From the sequence record NC_054911.1: a stretch of 64,000 nucleotides of DNA. One strand, 5' to 3'. This document shows positions 1-9,412 of the stretch, one piece after another; the first letter of the stretch is position 1; each line of letters opens with the position of its first letter. Both the position numbers and the translations under genes were made by a program. The stretch is from Escherichia phage ECO4. Below the pieces are notes generated by a model that saw nothing but the letters and a program-made list of their open reading frames with translations, made no database searches and was not told the origin of the DNA.

Positions 1-1
1 A

Positions 2-1450
2 CAAGGAAAAGCTGTTTGGTCTTTAGGTACTGAAATTAATTCCGGGACTTTTGTTTTGCATCATTACAAAGAAGACGGGACCCAAGGTCATACATCAAGA
101 TTTAATGCTGATGGTACAGTCAATTTCCCGGATAACGTACAGGTCGGTGGTGGTGAAGCTACTATTGCCCGAAATGGTAATATCTTCTCTGATATTTGGA
201 AAACATTTACTTCGGCAGGCGATATAACTAACATTCGTGATGCGATAGCTACCCGTGTTTCTAAAGAAGGCGACACGATGACAGGCCGCTTAACTCTTAA
301 AACCAACTCGGATGCTGTTGTTATTGATTATCCAGCAGATGAAGCGGGCTATGTTAAGGGTAAAAAAGGTGGCGCTGATAACTGGTATGTCGGTAATGGT
401 GGTGCTGATAATGGACTTGCCTTCTGGAGTTTCCAATCCCAAGGCGGTATTAATATCAACCCGAACGGTGAAGTTATTCTATCTCCACAGGGCACTAGTA
501 TATTCAATATAAACCGTGACCGAATTCATATGAACGGTGCTCACTGGGTTGCGCGTAAATCTGGTGCGTGGGGCGACCAATGGGGCTTAGAAGCACCTTA
601 TTTCCTTGATTTTGGTAGCGTTGGCGAAGATAGTTATTATCCTATTATTAAAGGCCGTTCTGTAATTACTGGTCAAGGATATACTACTTCTGTTGACCTT
701 GGTATTAGACGTACACCACAAGCCTGGGGACAAGCGATAATTCGAGTAGGTAATGCCGAGCGTGGCGACGGGCCTGTGGGTGTTTTCGAATTCCACTCTA
801 GCGGTTTATTTTACGCCCCGTCTTTAGTCCAGACTCCTGCCATTGGTGTTGGTACTGTTAACGGATTAGGCTCTCCTAGTATTGCTATCGGTGATAATGA
901 CACAGGATTATCACACGGCGGTGATGGCCGAATCAATATGGTTGCCGATGGTATGCATATTGCATCTTGGTCTGGCTCTTACCATATCCATGAAGGTCTT
1001 TGGGATACCACTGGTGCCTTGTGGACTGAAACAGGAAGAGCTATTATTTCTTTTGGTCATTTAGTCCAACAACACGATGGCTATTCAACATTTGTTCGTG
1101 ACGTTTATGTTCGTTCTGATATTCGTGTTAAAAAAGACCTTGTTAAATTTGAAAATGCTTCACAAACACTTTCAAAAATTAACGGTTACACTTATATGCA
1201 GAAACGTGGCCTGGATGAAGAAGGTAATCAGAAATGGGAACCTAATGCTGGTTTAATTGCTCAAGAAGTTCAAGCTATTTTGCCTGAATTAGTTGAAGGT
1301 GACCCTGATGGCGAAGCTTTACTTCGTTTGAACTATAACGGTGTAATTGGTTTAAATACAGCTGCAATCAATGAGCATACTGCAGAAATTGCAGAACTTA
1401 AATCAGAAATCGAAGAACTTAAAGCATTAGTTAAATCATTGTTAAAATAA
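2..1450 (+). CDS. 37: Long tail fibre distal subunit gp37, 3' partial (reading frame open to window start; listed ORF begins at TTG 56)
   Basis: Frame is open from position 2; C-terminal sequence and position immediately upstream of gene 38 and holin t; ends ...[14 protein letters not shown]. Confidence 0.8.
   Translation, partial: QGKAVWSLGTEINSGTFVLHHYKEDGTQGHTSRFNADGTVNFPDNVQVGGGEATIARNGNIFSDIWKTFTSAGDITNIRDAIATRVSKEGDTMTGRLTLKTNSDAVVIDYPADEAGYVKGKKGGADNWYVGNGGADNGLAFWSFQSQGGININPNGEVILSPQGTSIFNINRDRIHMNGAHWVARKSGAWGDQWGLEAPYFLDFGSVGEDSYYPIIKGRSVITGQGYTTSVDLGIRRTPQAWGQAIIRVGNAERGDGPVGVFEFHSSGLFYAPSLVQTPAIGVGTVNGLGSPSIAIGDNDTGLSHGGDGRINMVADGMHIASWSGSYHIHEGLWDTTGALWTETGRAIISFGHLVQQHDGYSTFVRDVYVRSDIRVKKDLVKFENASQTLSKINGYTYMQKRGLDEEGNQKWEPNAGLIAQEVQAILPELVEGDPDGEALLRLNYNGVIGLNTAAINEHTAEIAELKSEIEELKALVKSLLK
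1115..1447 (+). other. Intramolecular chaperone / auto-processing (peptidase S74-like) domain at gp37 C-terminus
   Basis: Motif [10 protein letters not shown] followed by about 110 aa ending in a coiled coil, as in auto-cleaving tail fibre and tailspike chaperone domains. Confidence 0.55.
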
Positions 1451-1452
1451 TA

Positions 1453-1476
1453 AGAGGGGCTTCGGCCCCTTGGAGG
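1453..1476 (+). other. GC hairpin (GAGGGGC-TTCG-GCCCCTT) between genes 37 and 38, directly abutting the gene 38 SD
   Basis: Perfect stem with UUCG loop; no T-run follows, so probably an RNA stability or processing element rather than a terminator. Confidence 0.4.
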
Positions 1477-1481
1477 TTTAT

Positions 1482-2258
1482 ATGGCAGTAGCAGGACCGT
1501 GGATAGGAATTTCTGCATTGGCACAGACTGGAGACCATTGGATGGCAGGAGCAGCCGCAAGATTAAGATTGGGTGTTCCTTGCTGGATGAGTCAATTTGC
1601 AGGTCGCTCACGAGAAATTATTCACACGCTTGGAGCAGACCATAACTTCAATGGTCAATGGTTCCGAGATAGATGTTTTGAGGCAGGTAGTGCACCTATA
1701 GTGTTTAATATTACAGGTGATTTAGTATCATATTCTAAAGATGTTCCTTTATTCTTCATGTACGGAGATACACCAAATGAATATGTTCAGTTAAATATAC
1801 ATGGCGTAACGATGTATGGACGTGGCGGTAATGGTGGTAGCAATAGTCCTGGCTCAGCTGGAGGTCATTGTATTCAAAACGATATTGGTGGGAGACTAAG
1901 AATTAATAATGGTGGAGCTATTGCTGGCGGTGGCGGTGGCGGTGGCGGCGGATATTATTCTCCTTTTTCACAAATGAGATTAACCTTTGGCGGTGGTGGT
2001 GGGCGTCCGTTTGGTGCACCTGGCGGATCTATTGATATGCAATCAGGCGCAACTGCTGGTACTATTTCTGCACCTGGCTCAGGATCCGTGAATGGTATCT
2101 ATAATGGTGGAAACGGTGGTGAAGTAGGTTCCGCGGGAGGTAGATGCAATATTCGCGGTCAAGGATCTGAATATAATGGCGGCGCTGCGGGTTATGCTGT
2201 CATAGGGTCTGCTCCAACGTGGCAAAATGTTGGAGCAATATATGGTCCAAGAGTATAA
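1482..2258 (+). CDS. 38: Tail fibre adhesin gp38 (T2-type, glycine-rich motifs)
   Basis: SD GGAGG 5 nt before ATG 1482; poly-Gly tracts (GGGGGGGGGG, GGGGG) between conserved segments; directly downstream of gene 37. Confidence 0.8.
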   Translation: MAVAGPWIGISALAQTGDHWMAGAAARLRLGVPCWMSQFAGRSREIIHTLGADHNFNGQWFRDRCFEAGSAPIVFNITGDLVSYSKDVPLFFMYGDTPNEYVQLNIHGVTMYGRGGNGGSNSPGSAGGHCIQNDIGGRLRINNGGAIAGGGGGGGGGYYSPFSQMRLTFGGGGGRPFGAPGGSIDMQSGATAGTISAPGSGSVNGIYNGGNGGEVGSAGGRCNIRGQGSEYNGGAAGYAVIGSAPTWQNVGAIYGPRV

Positions 2259-2288
2259 TGTGAATAAATACCCTTAAAAGGAGGGTCT

Positions 2289-2945
2289 ATGACAGCACCT
2301 AGAATATCATTTTCGCCCTCTGATATTCTGTTTGGTGTTCTAGATCGCTTGTTCAAAGATAACGCTACCGGGAAGGTTCTTGCTTCCCGAGTAGCTGTCG
2401 TAATTCTTTTATTTATGATGGCGATTGTTTGGTATAGGGGAGATAGTTTCTTTGAGTACTATAAGCAATCAAAGTATGAAACATACAGTGAAATTATTGA
2501 AAAGGAAAGAAATGCACGCTTTGAATCTGTCGCCCTGGAACAACTCCAGATAGTTCATATATCATCTGAGGCAGACTTTAGTGCGGTGTATTCTTTCCGC
2601 CCTAAAAACTTAAACTATTTTGTTGATATTATAGCATATGAAGGAAAATTACCTTCAACAATAAGTGAAAAATCACTTGGAGGATATCCTGTTGATAAAA
2701 CTATGGATGAATATACAGTTCATTTAAATGGACGTCATTATTATTCCGACTCAAAATTTGCTTTTTTACCAACTAAAAAGCCTACTCCCGAAATAAACTA
2801 CATGTACAGTTGTCCATATTTTAATTTGGATAATATCTATGCTGGAACGATAACCATGTACTGGTATAGAAATGATCATATAAGTAATGACCGCCTTGAA
2901 TCAATATGTGCTCAGGCGGCCAGAATATTAGGAAGGGCTAAATAA
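2289..2945 (+). CDS. t: Holin T
   Basis: 218 aa; sequence MTAPRISFSPSDILFGVLDRLFKDNATGKV... matches T4 holin; SD GGAGGG upstream. Confidence 0.95.
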   Translation: MTAPRISFSPSDILFGVLDRLFKDNATGKVLASRVAVVILLFMMAIVWYRGDSFFEYYKQSKYETYSEIIEKERNARFESVALEQLQIVHISSEADFSAVYSFRPKNLNYFVDIIAYEGKLPSTISEKSLGGYPVDKTMDEYTVHLNGRHYYSDSKFAFLPTKKPTPEINYMYSCPYFNLDNIYAGTITMYWYRNDHISNDRLESICAQAARILGRAK

Positions 2946-3218
2946 TTATTTGTTCGTATACATTTCTAGATATCGATATACACCCTCAAAACCCTCGTTG
3001 AATTCATCGATGAGGGTTTTCTTATCTTCTTGAGTTAATTCAGAAACAATTTTACGAAATGAATTCTGATTTAACTTTCTACCTTCATGCGTTACTCCAA
3101 TCTCATTAAGAAATGCAATAAAATTAGCACGATTCTCAACAATATCTTCTCTGGAAAATTTAATCAAAATAGATGCAACAGTAATAATTTCACGAACTGT
3201 ATCAATGTTTTTATTCAT
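2946..3218 (-). CDS. asiA: Anti-sigma-70 factor AsiA
   Basis: 90 aa, MNKNIDTVREIITVASILIKFSRED... matches T4 AsiA. Confidence 0.95.
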   Translation of the reverse strand: MNKNIDTVREIITVASILIKFSREDIVENRANFIAFLNEIGVTHEGRKLNQNSFRKIVSELTQEDKKTLIDEFNEGFEGVYRYLEMYTNK

Positions 3219-3230
3219 TAACTATACCAC

Positions 3231-3383
3231 TCAATTAGTTGACTTTGTTATAATATCATCAGACGCTTGATTTGTAAACTGGTCTGTGTTATTTTCTTCA
3301 AAAATTTTTTCTACGAATTCCTTGAACGACTCGCGTTCCTGAGCTACATTATGCTCGATTACCTTTTCAAGATTATGACTCAT
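3231..3383 (-). CDS. Small acidic ORF (50 aa), translationally coupled (ATGA) to arn stop
   Basis: ATG overlaps arn TGA; below the 60-aa cutoff of the ORF track; contains the asiA early promoter. Confidence 0.35.
   Translation of the reverse strand: MSHNLEKVIEHNVAQERESFKEFVEKIFEENNTDQFTNQASDDIITKSTN
3247..3279 (-). promoter_or_regulatory. Early promoter-like element upstream of asiA
   Basis: Minus strand GTTTACA, 15-nt spacer, GATATTATAAC. Confidence 0.45.
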
Positions 3384-3658
3384 TCGAAATAATCTTCAAT
3401 TTCGTAATCATGGACATAAATCATTATAGTTTTTAATACATCATCAATACTTTTTCCTGGAGCTGGAATTACGTAAAAATATCCTGCTTTTGAGAGGTCT
3501 TTATAAGTTCCAATCAAGAAATCATTATTCTCAAGATGTAACTCTTCAACTAATTCATTGACAATTGAATGGTATAGGTTTGGTAGAAACTTATATAGCT
3601 TTTCTAGAATATCAATTTTGATTGTGTATTGAACCACGGACTGAGAATCAATAATCAT
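3380..3658 (-). CDS. arn: Arn, anti-restriction (McrBC inhibitor, DNA mimic)
   Basis: 92 aa, acidic; position between asiA and motA as in T4. Confidence 0.75.
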   Translation of the reverse strand: MIIDSQSVVQYTIKIDILEKLYKFLPNLYHSIVNELVEELHLENNDFLIGTYKDLSKAGYFYVIPAPGKSIDDVLKTIMIYVHDYEIEDYFE

Positions 3659-3735
3659 AGACCTTCCCCTTATGTTTCTGTTTGCGATTAGATTCTTTAA
3701 ACGCTTTCTTCTTATCCTTATGGACAGAAGCTTTA

Positions 3736-3960
3736 TTAAAATTGTGTTTTGCGACTAAATTGTTCATAGTGCTGAATTACCTCTCTCAAACACTTGCATG
3801 TGAATGAAAACTTTTTAGCTACACCACATTCAAATATATGTTCTCTTAAATCACGTGTGTCAGTATATCCCATCTCAACAATAAAATGTCTTATTAGATT
3901 TTTATCTTTATCATTGAGAGAATTAAAATAATCGGATTTTGAATTAATTTCCCTGGCCAA
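3736..3960 (-). CDS. Hypothetical protein (74 aa), Cys-containing
   Basis: ORF in arn-motA early cluster. Confidence 0.55.
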   Translation of the reverse strand: MAREINSKSDYFNSLNDKDKNLIRHFIVEMGYTDTRDLREHIFECGVAKKFSFTCKCLREVIQHYEQFSRKTQF

Positions 3961-4240
3961 ATTGAATCACCTTCAGTTGACGTTTTAGTTCTTTTATCAT
4001 TTCTTCGTTCATCGCAATATAAAGATCGCGTAAAGCAGGTTTTAGCATTCCATTTACCGGAGAACTAAATGGGCATACATAATCTTTTCCTACAAGCTTT
4101 TTGGTAAATTCCATATCACAAAATTTAAATGCTGGCTCATTCGCATAAATTCCCCAATTAGTTGACATCATTTTATTGGCATATTCCAGTGCCTGAATTT
4201 GATTCATAATTCCATCGATTTGAAACTTTTTAATATTCAT
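3944..4240 (-). CDS. Hypothetical protein (98 aa)
   Basis: ORF in arn-motA early cluster; overlaps neighbours by a few nt. Confidence 0.6.
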   Translation of the reverse strand: MNIKKFQIDGIMNQIQALEYANKMMSTNWGIYANEPAFKFCDMEFTKKLVGKDYVCPFSSPVNGMLKPALRDLYIAMNEEMIKELKRQLKVIQFGQGN

Positions 4241-4701
4241 TAGTAAAGGTCCTCAGAGTAAAGTTCTTTTTCACTACCACCACGTTCAATACGTACTTGT
4301 CCAGCGTAAGTTGCAATAATCATTGCTTCTTCACGTGTCCAATAATTACTGTATTGGTCAATAAACCCTTGGTCATCATCACAAACTTGTTGAGTAACTA
4401 ATTGAGGTTTAACTACATCTAAAACTTCGGCCATATCTTTAGAATAATGACGAGCACCTGGAATAATAAGAGTTCGTCCATCTTTTAATTTAAAACGGTT
4501 GGCTGCACAGACAATTCGTCGTTGATACTTTTGATTTTCATCCCAATACGCAGTCTGCCAACAAATTTCAGGAACTTCTTTCAGAATATCTTCTTCTGTG
4601 CATTTATAACCATGCGCTTTAAATTTTTCAGCAAGACTTTCTGGAGTTTCACGAGATAAAGGAACATTCAGCATTTTTAAACGATTGATAAATGGGTTCA
4701 T
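4240..4701 (-). CDS. Hypothetical protein (153 aa)
   Basis: ORF, start/stop coupled with neighbours. Confidence 0.6.
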   Translation of the reverse strand: MNPFINRLKMLNVPLSRETPESLAEKFKAHGYKCTEEDILKEVPEICWQTAYWDENQKYQRRIVCAANRFKLKDGRTLIIPGARHYSKDMAEVLDVVKPQLVTQQVCDDDQGFIDQYSNYWTREEAMIIATYAGQVRIERGGSEKELYSEDLY

Positions 4702-5027
4702 TTAAACCATCCTTTAATACGTTGCCACAAAGTTTTCTGTTGAGCTTTGTTAACACCAATTGAGCGAATAACTGGTTGAGATTCCTGGAATTCTTTATAA
4801 TCGGCAAGGTAAATTTCGTAAGCTGCATCTGTAAAGGAACTTATCGCTGCCATGAAATTATTGCGAATACCTACTGGAGCATCTTTACTTTCACGAATAA
4901 TCATGTATTTACCAGTCTTAATCTTTACAATAGTTCCAAGATAAGCTCCATGGTACCAAATATCCCAACCCTCTTGAGTAGGTTCTGCACAACGACGAAG
5001 TTCATTGATAATTTCTAACTTGTTCAT
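4698..5027 (-). CDS. Hypothetical protein (109 aa), motA-proximal
   Basis: ORF, ATGA-type overlap with upstream gene. Confidence 0.6.
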   Translation of the reverse strand: MNKLEIINELRRCAEPTQEGWDIWYHGAYLGTIVKIKTGKYMIIRESKDAPVGIRNNFMAAISSFTDAAYEIYLADYKEFQESQPVIRSIGVNKAQQKTLWQRIKGWFK

Positions 5028-5037
5028 TATTTATTCC

Positions 5038-5673
5038 TCACAGTTCAGATGCTACAATGATTACTGCTTCAATGTTTTCTTCCGAGCGTTTAATGTCAAG
5101 ATACACATTACCGTTTTTAGCGATTTTACATGACATTCCGATATCAGTAAATTTCTGAATATGATGTTCCATCATTTTGTATCCAAAAATTCGCATATTT
5201 CCATTGTTGTTAATTTCAAAATTACGAATTCCGTGAGTGCGTTTTTCTAAAATAGCGAGATAGTTACTACGATAAGTTTCGACCTTTTTAAGAACAAATC
5301 CATTTTCATCTAAAAGTTTTAACATGAGGTCTTTATCTTCTTCCATATCAGAAGTAATCTCACGAGCTTTACGAGTTGCTCGTTTTTTCAGTAGTTCCGG
5401 AGCATTTTCCTGTGCGTATAAAGTTGCTGCATTTGAAATAATATCCTGAGCTTCACCAGTAATGATTAATCCATCACCTGATTTCTCCACCAGGCCTTTT
5501 TTAATCAACACCCCAATATTACTATTAACTACTGCGTTACCTAAATCTGGATGCACCTCACGAACTTCTACAGCTGTAATGAAATCTTTCTTAGCAATAG
5601 TAATTAAAATCGCAGCAGTTTTTTCATTCAGAACATCGTTAGAAGCTTTGATGATGTAAGTTACTTTAGACAT
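5038..5673 (-). CDS. motA: Middle transcription activator MotA
   Basis: 211 aa, MSKVTYIIKASNDVLNEKTAAILITIAKKDF... matches T4 MotA. Confidence 0.95.
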   Translation of the reverse strand: MSKVTYIIKASNDVLNEKTAAILITIAKKDFITAVEVREVHPDLGNAVVNSNIGVLIKKGLVEKSGDGLIITGEAQDIISNAATLYAQENAPELLKKRATRKAREITSDMEEDKDLMLKLLDENGFVLKKVETYRSNYLAILEKRTHGIRNFEINNNGNMRIFGYKMMEHHIQKFTDIGMSCKIAKNGNVYLDIKRSEENIEAVIIVASEL

Positions 5674-5712
5674 TTTCTAATCTCCGTAATTCTGTATCAG
5701 TAGTTGATAGTT

Positions 5713-5744
5713 GTATAGTACCACAGTATGCTTTGGTTGTAAAC
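5713..5744 (-). promoter_or_regulatory. T4-type early promoter upstream of motA
   Basis: Minus strand GTTTACA, 18 nt, TACTAT with TGG prefix (TGGTACTATAC); A/T-rich UP-like tract upstream. Confidence 0.55.
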
Positions 5745-5770
5745 CGTTTTGTGAAAAAATTTTTGAAATA

Positions 5771-5797
5771 AAAAAGGGAGAGCCTCGGCTCTCCCTA
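5771..5797 (-). terminator. Rho-independent terminator (GGGAGAGCC-GAGG-CTCTCCC then T-run on minus strand)
   Basis: Perfect stem followed by TTTTTT on the minus strand, downstream of gene 52 and the small ORF. Confidence 0.6.
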
Positions 5798-5800
5798 AAA

Positions 5801-5950
5801 TTACTGCATGACTGTGATAACTGTCATGATAACACGTTGAATTCCGAACGCAAGAAGACCTCCTGCTACGGCAGGAACAACACCTAAACCCGCCAGTAAA
5901 ATGCTACCAGATACTAATGCCGCGCTTGTAATACCAATGAATGGACTCAT
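5801..5950 (-). CDS. Small hydrophobic membrane protein (49 aa), coupled to gene 52 stop
   Basis: ATG overlaps gp52 TGA; MSPFIGITSAALVSGSILLAGLGVVPAVAGG... single TM segment. Confidence 0.45.
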   Translation of the reverse strand: MSPFIGITSAALVSGSILLAGLGVVPAVAGGLLAFGIQRVIMTVITVMQ

Positions 5951-7275
5951 TTGATTTCCTCTAAATCTTTGGTGTATTCTGTAACTACATCAGTAGTTTT
6001 CCAATATTCGTTTTCTTCTTTTTTGGCTTTAGCTTCTTCAGCAAGTTTCTTTGCTTCGTCGGAAGTCATATGAAAAATGTTCATTCCAACTAGTTTATCA
6101 ACATAAGAAGAATACATATCAATTTTAGAAAGTTCTTCGGTCAGTTCTTTGCGAGTTTTACCTTGTACAACAATTTCACCTGAAATTACTTTCTTAATGA
6201 AATGTGCCTTGGCAAAAGCTAAACGAAATGCTGATTCAGTTTCTTTGATTTTGTTATCAATTCGTTTTTGGACATAAGTTTTACGAACTTCAACGAAGTC
6301 TTTGATTAAATCAACTACATTATCGTAAACTTGCAGCTTTCCTTTCTCATTAATGACGGTAATATTCTGGGAACGACGCTCAATCAACCCGAAGTCTTTC
6401 ATAATTTTTGCATGGCGTTCTTCTTCATTATCGCTCAAAGAGTATTCTTTTCGGAATTTAACTTTGAAGCCAAAGCCATGCTCACCACAAGCATCATCCC
6501 ATGTAATGAAGCCTTTATCTTCAAGCGGGTCTAAGATTTTACTCACATAAGTTTCACGATCATACTTATATGGAATCTCAGTGATATGCATTTGAGTTCG
6601 TGAAGTAAACTTATATGTTCCACGAATTTCATATTGCCCATCAATTTCAACGACTTCACCACGAAATTCTGGGAATTCTACCTTCGGTTTAGTTACTTTC
6701 TTTCCTTGAAGAGCTTGCAGTACAGCTTTCTTGACAGAAGAAACACTATGAGGAAGAATGTAAGTTGCATAACCAGTTGCAATACCGGAAACGCCATTAA
6801 GAAGAACAGTAGGAATAATAGGCAAATAGAAAGCAGGCGGAATGTGTTCTTTATCTTGATGTACTGGAGCATATTCAGTATCTTTATATACGTTATAGAA
6901 ATTTTTACTTACACGAGCAAAAATATAACGACTTGCTGCTGCCTTTTGGACAGTACGAGAACCAAAGTTTCCTTGACCGTCTAACAGAGGAAAGTTATTA
7001 TTCCAAGTGTTAGCCATCAAAGCACCTGTGTCTTGCGCAGAGTTTTCACCATGATGATATCCAAGGTCCGCTACACCGCCTGCGATAGAAGCGAGTTTGT
7101 GAAACTTATCTTTATTTCCTCGTGCCAAATCAAGAGCTCGAGCAATAACAAATCGTTGAACTGGCTTAAATCCGTCAATCATATTTGGAATGGCACGATT
7201 TTCAACCGTGTACATAGCATAAGCCAATGCTTCATTATCAATGATACTTTTTAAATCACGATTATTCAGTTGCAT
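5947..7275 (-). CDS. 52: DNA topoisomerase II medium subunit gp52
   Basis: 442 aa, matches T4 gp52 in length and sequence. Confidence 0.95.
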   Translation of the reverse strand: MQLNNRDLKSIIDNEALAYAMYTVENRAIPNMIDGFKPVQRFVIARALDLARGNKDKFHKLASIAGGVADLGYHHGENSAQDTGALMANTWNNNFPLLDGQGNFGSRTVQKAAASRYIFARVSKNFYNVYKDTEYAPVHQDKEHIPPAFYLPIIPTVLLNGVSGIATGYATYILPHSVSSVKKAVLQALQGKKVTKPKVEFPEFRGEVVEIDGQYEIRGTYKFTSRTQMHITEIPYKYDRETYVSKILDPLEDKGFITWDDACGEHGFGFKVKFRKEYSLSDNEEERHAKIMKDFGLIERRSQNITVINEKGKLQVYDNVVDLIKDFVEVRKTYVQKRIDNKIKETESAFRLAFAKAHFIKKVISGEIVVQGKTRKELTEELSKIDMYSSYVDKLVGMNIFHMTSDEAKKLAEEAKAKKEENEYWKTTDVVTEYTKDLEEIK

Positions 7276-7279
7276 AAAT

Positions 7280-7420
7280 TTACCATACTAGTGAATGTAG
7301 TGCCATAATAACATCAGAAATGAAAAGCACGACTTGAATTAATCCGAACATTATTCCGTAATATAATGCTATCAATAAAATAGCAAGGGCTAATGAATAG
7401 CCCAAGATTTTCTTAATCAT
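7280..7420 (-). CDS. Small hydrophobic ORF (46 aa)
   Basis: ATG overlaps the stop of the upstream small ORF; TM-like sequence; position of T4 ac/stp small genes. Confidence 0.3.
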   Translation of the reverse strand: MIKKILGYSLALAILLIALYYGIMFGLIQVVLFISDVIMALHSLVW

Positions 7421-7571
7421 TAGTAGATAACAACACAAATGTTAAATATGCACACATACCCTGAGCTAAAGCTTGCGAAAACACACTGCTGGCATCAATA
7501 CAGATAGTTAAAACACATGCTACTATCCAACAAATAAATGAAATAACTCCTAATAATTTTGCGATATTCAT
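7413..7571 (-). CDS. Small hydrophobic ORF (52 aa)
   Basis: SD GAGGAAAAT before ATG 7571; MNIAKLLGVISFICWIVACVLTICID... membrane peptide. Confidence 0.4.
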   Translation of the reverse strand: MNIAKLLGVISFICWIVACVLTICIDASSVFSQALAQGMCAYLTFVLLSTND

Positions 7572-7581
7572 ATTTTCCTCA

Positions 7582-7599
7582 CTGGCGTCCGAAGACGCC
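7582..7599 (-). other. Hairpin GGCGTC-TTCG-GACGCC immediately upstream of an SD
   Basis: Perfect 6-bp stem with tetraloop; no U-run. Confidence 0.35.
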
Positions 7600-7658
7600 T
7601 TTAGTTTTAAGATTATTACGATAGAACTGCATCACGTGTTCGTTGTGGAAATTACTCA

Positions 7659-8117
7659 TTAATACGCCTGCAAAACGAATTTAAAATTATCAGCCAACAT
7701 ACGGTTCATTTCTTCAAGTGTTTGATACTCAGAATGATGATTACGAGTAAACGCTAAAGCTAACTGTCCTTTTCCAAATCCCGTCGTCAGAGGTTTCATC
7801 TTAGAAGCAGGCAGATAAAATATTGTGTATACCATATTGTTATTTGCAATAGTACGTGCAAGCTGAGACCGACGTTGACGAATATGACTTAGAACTGCAC
7901 TGAATCCTTGCTTAGAACGCTGATTACCTACATAAAATCGTGCAGACACACATGGATTACTAAATGGACGACCATCTAATTTACTTACTAAAAAATAAAA
8001 TCCAGGTTTAGATAAAATATCTTTATGCGGAGTTCCCAAAAACCACTCACCACCCTTGATTGTACCAATAACAGTAGCGCCTGCATTATTCAGATCAGTA
8101 ACAGTCATGTATTTCAT
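7659..8117 (-). CDS. ndd: Nucleoid disruption protein Ndd
   Basis: 151 aa from ATG 8117 ([19 protein letters not shown]...), SD GAGGAAA; the longer ORF-track form is an upstream extension. Confidence 0.9.
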
Positions 8118-8177
8118 ATTAATTTCCTCTAAATTATTTTCTACTCCAAGGCCGCATGAATACACGCGGCCATTAAA

Positions 8178-8393
8178 TTAATCGTCGCAGTCGACGCTCA
8201 ATTCCCAAAACTCTTCTACGGTATAAGTTTCAGTATCATTTTCAATACAGAAACGTTCATTACTGTTATTTGCTAAAGTAGCATTAACTGTCATTTTTTC
8301 GCTAGTGCTCTTAAGAGGTGAAATACGAATTAACTGATCACCGTTATCTAAACAAAAAATTTCACCAACTTTTACATCTTTAAAACTTTTCAT
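8178..8393 (-). CDS. Hypothetical protein (71 aa)
   Basis: ORF with SD (GAGGTGAA). Confidence 0.55.
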   Translation of the reverse strand: MKSFKDVKVGEIFCLDNGDQLIRISPLKSTSEKMTVNATLANNSNERFCIENDTETYTVEEFWELSVDCDD

Positions 8394-8517
8394 AATTCAC
8401 CTCAAGGAGTATAAAATCCAAACGCAGTTGTTGACCATCCCATCCAATATGGAAAATTTGCACCAATGCAATGTAAAACATAAGAATATAAAACCAACCG
8501 CTCAGCAAATTCATCAT
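8380..8517 (-). CDS. Small hydrophobic ORF (45 aa)
   Basis: ATG overlaps upstream stop (ATGATGA). Confidence 0.25.
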   Translation of the reverse strand: MMNLLSGWFYILMFYIALVQIFHIGWDGQQLRLDFILLEVNYEKF

Positions 8518-8732
8518 TTTACACCATTCCAAATTGTTTCAACCACAGATTTTAAGCCATTTTGATGAATGTCCATTCCGACTACCGCCATCAAATAGAT
8601 TCCAACTACAACTGAACCTAAGGCAAAAATCAGCATGAAAATGAATAAAGCCGGAAAAATATTATCGAAAAACCATTCAATAAATGTAAAAGCACTGCGT
8701 TTACGCTTCATATTTTCCTCACATAAATCCAA
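8514..8732 (-). CDS. Membrane protein (72 aa)
   Basis: ORF; hydrophobic segment LFIFMLIFALGSVVVGIYLMAVVG. Confidence 0.55.
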   Translation of the reverse strand: MDLCEENMKRKRSAFTFIEWFFDNIFPALFIFMLIFALGSVVVGIYLMAVVGMDIHQNGLKSVVETIWNGVK

Positions 8733-8832
8733 AGTAAGCGTTTAATACATCAATCATTAAAACGATTAGGAATATACTCAAAACTACTAGTATTATAACT
8801 ACATTCCATATAGCTTTAACAATCTTTTTCAT
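8719..8832 (-). CDS. Small membrane protein (37 aa)
   Basis: SD GGAGGAACAG before ATG 8832; the listed 82-aa ORF would run through the promoter. Confidence 0.4.
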   Translation of the reverse strand: MKKIVKAIWNVVIILVVLSIFLIVLMIDVLNAYFGFM

Positions 8833-8857
8833 TTTCTGTTCCTCCGTAGTTGATAGG

Positions 8858-8890
8858 GTAATAGTACCACAGAGGAACAGTCTTGTAAAC
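8858..8890 (-). promoter_or_regulatory. T4-type early promoter
   Basis: GTTTACA, about 18 nt, TACTAT; near-identical to the 62294-62325 element. Confidence 0.5.
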
Positions 8891-9075
8891 AACTTTTTTA
8901 AAAATATTCGTAATAAATGTGAATACCAACTACTACCGCTGAAACCTGTGCAACCCACCACGCACAAGCAATAAGTACAGAATTCAAAATTTTCATAATA
9001 ACCTCATCACAAAAGTAAATGTTAAACAAATTACTGGAATACTAATTAACCAAACAAAACACCACCATAATGAAC

Positions 9076-9339
9076 TCATAGTTCAATCTCAGCGATTTCC
9101 AAGTGTTTTTGTTTTATTGCCTTTTTAACACAATCATGGACTAAATATGACCATGAATCATTATATTCTCCATTAACTAATCGTTGGAGATCTTCGCGTG
9201 ATGATAAGTAAGGTTGATCTGATTCCCATTTTGATAAAAATACTGCAGTAAAAATATCTCCTTCACCTGTAGTTGAAGTCGTAAATGCAATAAATTCACC
9301 GGTAATTTTATGTTTAGCGTAATAAAATTTAAATTTCAT
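9076..9339 (-). CDS. Hypothetical protein (87 aa)
   Basis: SD GGAGGAGTAAAA before ATG 9339. Confidence 0.55.
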   Translation of the reverse strand: MKFKFYYAKHKITGEFIAFTTSTTGEGDIFTAVFLSKWESDQPYLSSREDLQRLVNGEYNDSWSYLVHDCVKKAIKQKHLEIAEIEL

Positions 9340-9364
9340 TTTTACTCCTCCGTAGCTGATAGTT

Positions 9365-9396
9365 GTATAGTACCACGGTCCTTGTGGCATGTAAAC
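9365..9396 (-). promoter_or_regulatory. T4-type early promoter
   Basis: GTTTAC ... TGGTACTATAC on minus strand. Confidence 0.5.
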
Positions 9397-9412
9397 CATT
9401 TTGTGAAATTTT

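Noticed and set aside
88-1611. Antisense and alternative-frame ORFs inside gene 37 (88..306 minus, 312..512 plus, 587..796 minus, 882..1064 plus, 1333..1611 minus)
   Set aside because: They lie entirely within or against the long, well-supported gp37 frame, have no SD, and are typical six-frame noise
1927-1953. GGTGGCGGTGGC simple repeat as a possible non-coding repeat or CRISPR-like element
   Set aside because: It is in frame inside gene 38 and encodes the poly-glycine linker of the adhesin; no spacer-repeat periodicity
6331-7254. Plus-strand ORFs inside gene 52 (6331..6534, 6353..6550, 6634..6984, 7033..7254)
   Set aside because: Antisense to a confidently identified 442-aa topoisomerase subunit; no start signals
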